DNA of 64,000 nucleotides from positions 36,275 through 100,274 of the IMG/VR virus record IMGVR_UViG_3300011114_001049. One strand, 5' to 3'. Positions within the stretch are counted from its first letter, which is position 1. The number at the start of each line of letters is the position of its first letter. This document shows positions 57,004 to 64,000 of the stretch, piece after piece. The DNA comes from a virus. The notes under the pieces were generated by a model. That model was not told the origin of the DNA. It did no database searches and worked only from the letters and a program-made list of their open reading frames with translations. Both the position numbers and the translations under genes were made by a program.

Positions 57004-57687
57004 TTAAAAACTATTGTAAAAGTTACCGGACCTTTTCATCTCTATATGCCTTTTATTAAATGCATTAACATAATCTTTTCTCTCTTTACCACCAATTGGT
57101 ATTTTTCTAGTTAAATTATTTTCATGTAAATATGACTTAATGAGTATTGAATTTACTTGAGCTATTCCATTAGGATAAGCAAGTCTAATTCTATTTTTAT
57201 ATTCAGTATCACAGCCAAATCTAGTACTATCATAATAACCTAAGGTTTTGAAGACTGCTCTATCTATGATTAAAACTGACTCGTTTGTCTGGGGATTGGA
57301 AGGTTTATTTGTTCCATTAAGATGATTGACTCTAACAAACCTACAACCGACTGCAACTGTTCCGTTTTTATTAAAGTAGTTAAGTTGACTTTTAAACCGG
57401 TTTGGGTAAGAAACATCGTCTGCACCATGTATTAAGTAATGAGTCCAAGTAGGATCAGCTTCTGCGTGTTTTAGCGCAGTATTTATGGAATAATAGGTTC
57501 CCATATTTTTACTGTTTGTTAGTAATTCTACTCCCTTAAACATAGCTATTTTTCTTTTGCTAAAATCTTTGGATGCGTCATCTACTACGATTACTCTAGA
57601 ATCAACGTTTTGAGAAAGTATAGAAGTCAAACACTCTTCAATAAACTTATAAGCATTGTACATTGGGACTATTACTAAAACTTTCAT
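57004..57687 (-). CDS. glycosyltransferase family 2
   Basis: IVPMYN, VDDAS, GADD. Confidence 0.85.
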   Translation of the reverse strand: MKVLVIVPMYNAYKFIEECLTSILSQNVDSRVIVVDDASKDFSKRKIAMFKGVELLTNSKNMGTYYSINTALKHAEADPTWTHYLIHGADDVSYPNRFKSQLNYFNKNGTVAVGCRFVRVNHLNGTNKPSNPQTNESVLIIDRAVFKTLGYYDSTRFGCDTEYKNRIRLAYPNGIAQVNSILIKSYLHENNLTRKIPIGGKERKDYVNAFNKRHIEMKRSGNFYNSF

Positions 57688-58316
57688 AGCCTTATCATTT
57701 CAATTAGGAAATCAGCATTGTCTCGATTATTTACATATGAAAACTTTTTTATTGAAACTATTTTACAAAGACCAGAATACCTTTGTTTTATTTGAGACTT
57801 AGCAGTATTTGTATTTTTTGAAAGAAATCTGACGTGTCCTTCTGAATCTTGATTAGGTAGCGTTGCTAAAATTACTGAACCTTTTTTTATTTTACTCAAT
57901 ACACCTAAGTCATCAGTAATGTGCTCTAAAAACTCAGTAGTGACTACTAAATCATAGTCTACTTGAGAATAATCATAGCTAGTAGCATCAGCAACGATAA
58001 AGGATGCAGGCAGATTTAGTTTATTAGCAAAGTCAATTGCAACAGAACTAAAATCAATACCTATATAGTTTAGTTGGGGTAGAATATTTGAAGATGCATC
58101 TGCGTTAGTTATTTCACTTAATAAACAGTCTGCAAATTGACCAGGGCCACAGCCTATGTCTAATATGTTAATAGCTCCCAGTTCCTTTATCCTAGCCGCT
58201 ATTATTTTCCAAACAGGGTACCATGGAGTCTTATCATATTTTAAAAAATACATGTATTCACTGCCTCCAGTTTTAAATACTTCATTATACCAATTATTAT
58301 CTAGTTCAGTTCCCAT
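57684..58316 (-). CDS. class I SAM-dependent methyltransferase
   Basis: LDIGCGPG, GIDFS, EFLEH. Confidence 0.9.
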   Translation of the reverse strand: MGTELDNNWYNEVFKTGGSEYMYFLKYDKTPWYPVWKIIAARIKELGAINILDIGCGPGQFADCLLSEITNADASSNILPQLNYIGIDFSSVAIDFANKLNLPASFIVADATSYDYSQVDYDLVVTTEFLEHITDDLGVLSKIKKGSVILATLPNQDSEGHVRFLSKNTNTAKSQIKQRYSGLCKIVSIKKFSYVNNRDNADFLIEMIRL

Positions 58317-58323
58317 ATTATAT

Positions 58324-58947
58324 TTATATTTTGTATCGAATTACTTCAAAAACCTCAGCATAACGTATCCCGTTTTGTGCTCCACGAACAGTTGCAAGAG
58401 ATTGAATAAAATTGTTTTGAAAGTATATTCTATTTTTTTGAGTTTCGTATTTTGAAAGGGCAGTTATCTTATTTTGAACGTCTTGTTCTAAAAGATCGTA
58501 ATAAATTTGATTCTTAAAGCTAGTGTTGTTCCAAATAAGCTCATATGAAAGCACTGAACAGTTATTCTTAAAACACCTAACTGCTTCGTCAGCGATAGTT
58601 TTATGATCTTGATGGTAATCATCAACTGATGGAATAAAAACAAGTTTTGGTTCTAATTTTTTCTTTAAGACTATCATGTCATCTAGGATGCTCTGCCTAG
58701 CATAATTAAATACTCTTACTTGATAATCATAGAATAAAATGTCTTCTTCTAGAACACCTAATGATGTTAAAGACTCAATACATTCAGTCTTTAATGTATC
58801 TGGTGCTAGACCCTTAGGTAAAGACTCTTTACACATAGAGAAGACAGCAACTCTGACTTTATTTCCTTCTCTTACTAGTCTTGAAATAGTAGCACCACAG
58901 CCTAGTTCTGCATCATCAGTATGTGGTGAAAGTACTAATATACTCAT
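58324..58947 (-). CDS. PIG-L/LmbE family deacetylase
   Basis: SPHTDDAELG, HQDH. Confidence 0.9.
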   Translation of the reverse strand: MSILVLSPHTDDAELGCGATISRLVREGNKVRVAVFSMCKESLPKGLAPDTLKTECIESLTSLGVLEEDILFYDYQVRVFNYARQSILDDMIVLKKKLEPKLVFIPSVDDYHQDHKTIADEAVRCFKNNCSVLSYELIWNNTSFKNQIYYDLLEQDVQNKITALSKYETQKNRIYFQNNFIQSLATVRGAQNGIRYAEVFEVIRYKI

Positions 58948-58954
58948 CTTATCA

Positions 58955-60709
58955 TTATTTTTTAACTAGACCAGAGTCTATCCAAACTTTTTTCCAGCAC
59001 CAGAAACCTAGTGCTGCACTCCTAAGGTATACTAAGTCTCTACCTGACTGTTCTGTTATACATGAAATTGTTAAATAGCCGTCTTCAGATAGTTCAGAAA
59101 CAGCACAGTCTTTTAGTGAATCTATTTGTGTTAGATATGTGTCTATCAAACTAAACCCAATCTTTTCACGGTTCCAGTGGTGTTGAGCTACTCCTCTATC
59201 ATTTAACATTTTCTTCAAAAAGTGTTTTCTTCCAAATCGACTGCTTATATGTTGATTCTCAGGTAAACTTAAAGCCACTGAAACTAATTCATGGTCTAGG
59301 AAAGGTGCTCTAACCTCTAAGGAATTTGCCATACTTGAAAAATCAAGAGTAGAATTCAGATCGCCCTTTACATAGGTCATTAATTCTAACCATCGATATT
59401 TTGAAGTCTCAGGAAAATCACTAGAGAGCTCAGAGAGTATTGGAGAAATTAAGTCAAAAACAGCGGATTCAGTTCTCTCATCAAGTAGCCCAGGAACATT
59501 AAAGTTACTAGGGTGTCTAAATATGTTGAATACTTGATCTCTTTCAGAAAAGGACGGTGCATCAATGTTGAGTCTAGTTGCGGCTTTGCGCTTATCAAAG
59601 AAACTTTTTGGGATGTTTGGGGTAGGTATTCTAGTGTATCCGAAAAAGAGCTCGTCTGCACCATTTGCACTCAGTGCAACCTTGTATTTTTTACTGACTT
59701 CTTTGCTTGTGATATATGGTATAAAACCAGACAGTGTTGCTTCTCCGGAAAAATCAGCATAGTGTGTTAAACATGCAAGTATATCAAAATCTTGAGGAAT
59801 GACTAATGAAAAGTCCATCTTAAAAAGCTTAGCGATATCTCGAGCATGACTCTCTTCTGGTGAAGTTAAGTGGACTGCATCTATTTTTTTAATGATAGCT
59901 GCAACTAGACTTGAGTCAACTCCTCCACTTAAGAATAGAGTTATTGGAACGTCTGACATTGTTTTACTTAATATCGCTTTTTCAATAGAATCCTCTACTT
60001 CTTGTGCGGTGATTCTTTGTTTAAAACACGGTGACCAGTATTTTTTGATTTCAATAGAATCACTAGAACTGGATAGCACACTCGCAGAATCAAGTCTTTT
60101 TATTCCATTGAATAGAGTTAAGTTAGTGAATATGCCGCCCAACAAAAAGTACTGCCAGACTGCTTCTAGATCTAATTTCCATTCAATTTGAGGTAATGCC
60201 TTTACAATAGCACCTGGATTAGATGAAAAATAAAGATTATCATCGTTATCAATATAGTAAAAAAGAGGCTTTTCTCCCATTCTATCTCTAGCTAAATAAA
60301 AATCACCAGTACCCTTATCATATAAACAGAAAGCAAATATTCCATTGATTAATTTAAGAGTTTCTTCAACTCCTCTTGTGACCAAAGATTTAAGCAGGAC
60401 TTCAGTATCGGAAGACCCATCAAAAGTCATTCCGTCTGCTAATAATGTCGACCTTAACTCAGAATGATTGTATATCTCTCCATTAAATACTAATAAGTGA
60501 TTCAAGTATTCCATTGGCTGATTTCCAGATTCACTAAGGTCTATTATAGAAAGACGATTATGAGCAAGCCCAAATCTGTCACCGCTAACTTCACAACTAA
60601 AGTCAGGTCCCCTTAACTCTTGCGACTCTTTCATGATTCGCAGTGAACTTGCATGAGCTTCGTTAAAGACGCTATTTGAATTAATTAATATTCCGCTTAT
60701 TCCACACAT
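58955..60709 (-). CDS. asnB: asparagine synthase-like glutamine amidotransferase
   Basis: MCGI, RGPD, HNRLSIID, NGEIYN, LSGGVDS, GADELF, EVRAPFLD. Confidence 0.9.
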   Translation of the reverse strand: MCGISGILINSNSVFNEAHASSLRIMKESQELRGPDFSCEVSGDRFGLAHNRLSIIDLSESGNQPMEYLNHLLVFNGEIYNHSELRSTLLADGMTFDGSSDTEVLLKSLVTRGVEETLKLINGIFAFCLYDKGTGDFYLARDRMGEKPLFYYIDNDDNLYFSSNPGAIVKALPQIEWKLDLEAVWQYFLLGGIFTNLTLFNGIKRLDSASVLSSSSDSIEIKKYWSPCFKQRITAQEVEDSIEKAILSKTMSDVPITLFLSGGVDSSLVAAIIKKIDAVHLTSPEESHARDIAKLFKMDFSLVIPQDFDILACLTHYADFSGEATLSGFIPYITSKEVSKKYKVALSANGADELFFGYTRIPTPNIPKSFFDKRKAATRLNIDAPSFSERDQVFNIFRHPSNFNVPGLLDERTESAVFDLISPILSELSSDFPETSKYRWLELMTYVKGDLNSTLDFSSMANSLEVRAPFLDHELVSVALSLPENQHISSRFGRKHFLKKMLNDRGVAQHHWNREKIGFSLIDTYLTQIDSLKDCAVSELSEDGYLTISCITEQSGRDLVYLRSAALGFWCWKKVWIDSGLVKK

Positions 60710-61563
60710 AAATCTCTTAATTTTTTGGCAGGTACTCCAGCAACTAAAGTAAAATCGTCGACACTCTTAAGCACGACCGATCCGATACCTGTCATTGAAT
60801 CAGAACCGATAGTACAACTGTTTATTATTGAAGTTGATGGGGCAATCCAACACCTTTCTCCAATACTAACACTGCCTGCAATCATTGAATTAGCAATAAC
60901 TAGTGAGTGATTACCTAGCTTTACTCCATGCGCAATATGAACCAAATTATCAATTTTACAATTTTCACCAATTATTGTATTACCTAAGACTGCACGATCT
61001 ATACAATTATTATTTCCTATTTCAACTTTTCTTTCAATTACTACTCCACCGATATGAGGAACAAGTTCATACTCTCCATTTTCATCTAATTCATAACCAA
61101 AACCAACACCGCCGATTGTATTGTTTGAACCTATACTAACATCGTCACTGATTATAGTTCCTTTATGAATAACGTTATTATGACCGATTCTTACTCGATC
61201 TCCTATCTTTACGTCGTCATCAATGAAGTTACCCTGTCCTATACAACTAGCAGTATGCGTTTGATGATCTTCATAAAAGAACTTTCTAACTACATCCATA
61301 AATGCTTTCCTAGGTCGATCACAAAGTATGATTGCCCCATTAAAAGAATCTAATTCAATTATTTGTGGAGAAATGACTATTCCTGTCCTAACTGATTTAA
61401 TTTTATCTACGTTTTTGTCATTCACCCAAAAAATAAGAAATGGGACACTATTATTTTCACATAAATTTGAAGGTTTTTCAATAGTAGAATCAAGAGTCGC
61501 TCCAAAGAGTTTAAATTGAGTTTCCGAACCTAAAAAATTTAATATTTCACGTAAGGTAGTCAT
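60697..61563 (-). CDS. LpxD-like hexapeptide-repeat acyltransferase
   Basis: Left-handed beta-helix repeats, GFGY, IDNLVHIAH, GVPAK. Confidence 0.85.
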   Translation of the reverse strand: MTTLREILNFLGSETQFKLFGATLDSTIEKPSNLCENNSVPFLIFWVNDKNVDKIKSVRTGIVISPQIIELDSFNGAIILCDRPRKAFMDVVRKFFYEDHQTHTASCIGQGNFIDDDVKIGDRVRIGHNNVIHKGTIISDDVSIGSNNTIGGVGFGYELDENGEYELVPHIGGVVIERKVEIGNNNCIDRAVLGNTIIGENCKIDNLVHIAHGVKLGNHSLVIANSMIAGSVSIGERCWIAPSTSIINSCTIGSDSMTGIGSVVLKSVDDFTLVAGVPAKKLRDLCVE

Positions 61564-63283
61564 CTATGTTAGTTATTTTTAAACTATTAATTAATTCTGC
61601 CTTTTTCAATAATTCAATTTTTTTATGAGTTATTCTACTAGAAGCAGCAAGTATTTGTTTTGTTTGGTTTATAACTTCCCAAGAACCTTTAATGCTTAAT
61701 ATAAAACTGTCTAACGAGACTAATTTCATACTGTTTCCATGTTTTTTAACTAAGTCATATCCAAAATCGTCTAGGTGAATAGGTCTAAGTGTTTTAAAAA
61801 TCTGCCAATTTACTTTATCTAAAAAATTCTTAGAAAACATCTTACCTCCTCCTAAAAAGATAGGCACTTCAGGTTTGTATTGTAGAAAATAAAGATTCTT
61901 ATCGAGGTCATATATGTACCATGAACGATTTCCAACTAAATCAAACCCATTTCTACTAGAACCAAAGCCTTCATCTATACTAGAGTAACATTCAGAAAAA
62001 TAGTTTAATGAGAGTAAGTCGTCTGATCCAAGTATCATCAAACCTTTAACATTTAAACGCTTAGCGTAAGTGACGCCAGCTTGCCATTTTCCACCAATTG
62101 GATAGTTTTGATGAATTGTAAAAAACACATTATCGTATTTCTTTTTTAATTCTTTACAAAATTGTGCATCAGCAGTATTAGATATAACTAAGACTATTGC
62201 AGGTAATATTGTCTGTTTACATAACGTTTCAACATTTAATTCAACTATACGGTGTCTTCCTTTAAAAGCAATTACACAAGCAGTATCGTATCCATTTACT
62301 GGTTGAGTTTCAGTAAATCCATTAGCGATCAAATTGTCGGTTTCTGCTATGCTGGCTATAAGTTTTGACTTATTTAACTGATAGTTACTAGATTCGCGAG
62401 AAGACTCCATAAGCAGTCTATTTACAGCGTCCATTTTTCTAGTAAAGTCAGCAGTTTGTGTCTTCTCGCGACCAGAGTCGACTATTTTTAAATAATTGTA
62501 AACGAAATTAGAACGAATTTGCGTTGCTTGCCGATTGTACTCATTACTTTTATTCAACCATATTCTGTTTATCTTTGAATTTGAGCGGTTTGGTGAAAGA
62601 ACGATTGGGTTTTTTCTAGCTGTCTCCTGGGAGAGAAGATCATTAAAATATATGCAATTTGATGTTTTTAATTTATGTTGAAGCTGAATAAACTTACTGT
62701 CTAAAAACTCTTTTGAACTAAATAGTTTTTCAGATATTTGTTTACATTGGCTGGTTGACTTTAGCATATTACATATAAACGAATGCGTCTGACCCAGTCC
62801 TAATGAGTTAACGTTTTCTATGCTATATTTAAGAGATGGTATATCAACATAATATCGTTTAAGATAAAAAAGCTCAACTGTTTCTGAAAAAATAAAGTCA
62901 CCTTCTGTTTTAAAGATTGAAGATACATCATTTAGAAAGAGACAAAAGTTAGAAAAATAAAAGACGTTTTCTTTAAATGAGTCAAGTGCAGCAATCTTAC
63001 TTAGATCCTGAATTGAAGCCATTGGATATGTATGTAACTTGTGAAATTTAGCTTCAACTAACTTAAAAAGTCTTGAAGTTTCAATGTTAATAAAAGTTAT
63101 GTCAGGATAAATTGATAAAAGTATTGCTTTATTTACATTAGATAAAGGATTTTGTGAGTTGATTAAAAAGTACAATTGACCCCTAAACCATTTGTTATTT
63201 TCTAAAAAGCTACATGTGCTAGTTATAGAGTATTTAAAATACTTATCGCTTGCTTCTGTTACTATTACTAAATCAGTTGTCAT
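61547..63283 (-). CDS. two-domain glycosyltransferase-like protein
   Basis: C-terminal GT-A (LGSDD); N-terminal GT8-like region that appears degenerate. Confidence 0.55.
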   Translation of the reverse strand: MTTDLVIVTEASDKYFKYSITSTCSFLENNKWFRGQLYFLINSQNPLSNVNKAILLSIYPDITFINIETSRLFKLVEAKFHKLHTYPMASIQDLSKIAALDSFKENVFYFSNFCLFLNDVSSIFKTEGDFIFSETVELFYLKRYYVDIPSLKYSIENVNSLGLGQTHSFICNMLKSTSQCKQISEKLFSSKEFLDSKFIQLQHKLKTSNCIYFNDLLSQETARKNPIVLSPNRSNSKINRIWLNKSNEYNRQATQIRSNFVYNYLKIVDSGREKTQTADFTRKMDAVNRLLMESSRESSNYQLNKSKLIASIAETDNLIANGFTETQPVNGYDTACVIAFKGRHRIVELNVETLCKQTILPAIVLVISNTADAQFCKELKKKYDNVFFTIHQNYPIGGKWQAGVTYAKRLNVKGLMILGSDDLLSLNYFSECYSSIDEGFGSSRNGFDLVGNRSWYIYDLDKNLYFLQYKPEVPIFLGGGKMFSKNFLDKVNWQIFKTLRPIHLDDFGYDLVKKHGNSMKLVSLDSFILSIKGSWEVINQTKQILAASSRITHKKIELLKKAELINSLKITNIDDYLT

Positions 63284-63911
63284 TAATCTTTAAGAAGTCT
63301 TTTTCATAATCTACATCAATCTTATCTTCGATCTCCCAAAAAAGAGTCTCGCTATCATAGAGATTGTTATTTAATTTATTTATGTTCTTGGGCCTAACCA
63401 ATACGATGAAGTGAGATAGCTCGAAGCATTCATGATAGTCTTGTCGACGATATAGATCATGTTTAATTATTTGTTTGCCACGGTGACCAAAATCATACAT
63501 TAATAGAAAAGGGCTTGTTTTAGCAGGCTTCTTACAGAGAAGCGAGCTTACTGGCATTGCTGGTTCCATCATAATATAGAAGGCAACTGCATCTATTAAG
63601 TCGACCCATCGTCTTTCAGGATAAGTAAGATATAATACTGCGACTAACTCGTCTTCAGAAACATCCATTAAACCCAAGGCATGTTCGACTACTGCCTTCA
63701 TTGAAGTATTGTCTTGTGCTAGTTCAATAGGTCGACTTATACAGTTAAAACCAGCAGTAGCCGCCATCTCAAGTATCTTAGAGTCATCGCTAGTAACGTA
63801 AACATTTTCTCTAATCTCAATTGGGATTGATTCAGCAGTATACTTAAAAAGCGCTCTATTCTTGTGTGGAAACCCCTTAGATCCTTCCCTAGCAGGTATG
63901 ATTATTTTCAT
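63273..63911 (-). CDS. neuA: acylneuraminate cytidylyltransferase (CMP-nonulosonate synthetase)
   Basis: IIIPAREGSKG..KN, VTSDD, RP.ELA.D, IDVD. Confidence 0.85.
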   Translation of the reverse strand: MKIIIPAREGSKGFPHKNRALFKYTAESIPIEIRENVYVTSDDSKILEMAATAGFNCISRPIELAQDNTSMKAVVEHALGLMDVSEDELVAVLYLTYPERRWVDLIDAVAFYIMMEPAMPVSSLLCKKPAKTSPFLLMYDFGHRGKQIIKHDLYRRQDYHECFELSHFIVLVRPKNINKLNNNLYDSETLFWEIEDKIDVDYEKDFLKINDN

Positions 63912-64000
63912 ATTTCATTAAATTTTTCTAGAGAAATCTTTGGAATCTCTAACTTACTAATTTCACTTAAATTGTAGAGAGAAGTTCCTCTTTTAGCTAG
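63908..64000 (-). CDS. 3' end of an upstream gene of the glycan operon (partial)
   Basis: Open frame ...YNLSEISKLEIPKISLEKFNEI* with ATGA overlap. Confidence 0.5.
   Translation of the reverse strand, partial: LAKRGTSLYNLSEISKLEIPKISLEKFNEI

Noticed and set aside
53260-64000. Bacterial chromosome flank (prophage boundary) at the glycan operon
   Set aside because: Same compact gene packing, overlap with the phage gene at 53260-63, interspersed phage-like small ORFs, and no integrase, att site or housekeeping genes; a chimera cannot be fully excluded without reads
1-64000. tRNA or rRNA genes
   Set aside because: No cloverleaf or T-loop GTTCGA pattern recognised in the short intergenic gaps by eye; tRNAscan was not run

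Overview
AT-rich 64 kb segment of a large T4-like (myovirus, probably jumbo) phage, read in standard code 11. The host is probably Bacteroidota (inference from lipoprotein style, the lack of obvious Shine-Dalgarno sites and the sugar enzymes). T4-type core genes are present in scrambled order: neck gp13, gp25, portal gp20, gp2/gp4-like, primase gp61, UvsW/UvsY, PhoH, and a gp53/hub/gp5 baseplate block. The family-B DNA polymerase here is only the C-terminal half. Accessory content: three peptidoglycan-active enzymes, GH16, a 2OG-Fe(II) oxygenase, nucleotidyltransferases and phosphoesterases, an array of MKQTAVEW mini-genes, and an ~11 kb sugar-modification operon with an apparently complete nonulosonic-acid (sialic-acid-like) pathway. 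Main observations: (1) about 20 otherwise unrelated proteins carry a T4 capsid-targeting-like peptide (K-x-F-x-x-F-x-x-E) at N-terminal, internal or C-terminal positions, mostly behind an RATAAATAA late-promoter-like motif, suggesting a large packaged and protease-processed cargo proteome; (2) one gene sits in a transcript with a G-U-rich three-way-junction leader and 10-nt complementary 5'/3' ends; (3) two paralogous genes carry a circularly permuted domain; (4) a second promoter class, AAAC-N17-TATAAT. All functional calls come from motif recognition by eye; no database searches were run.
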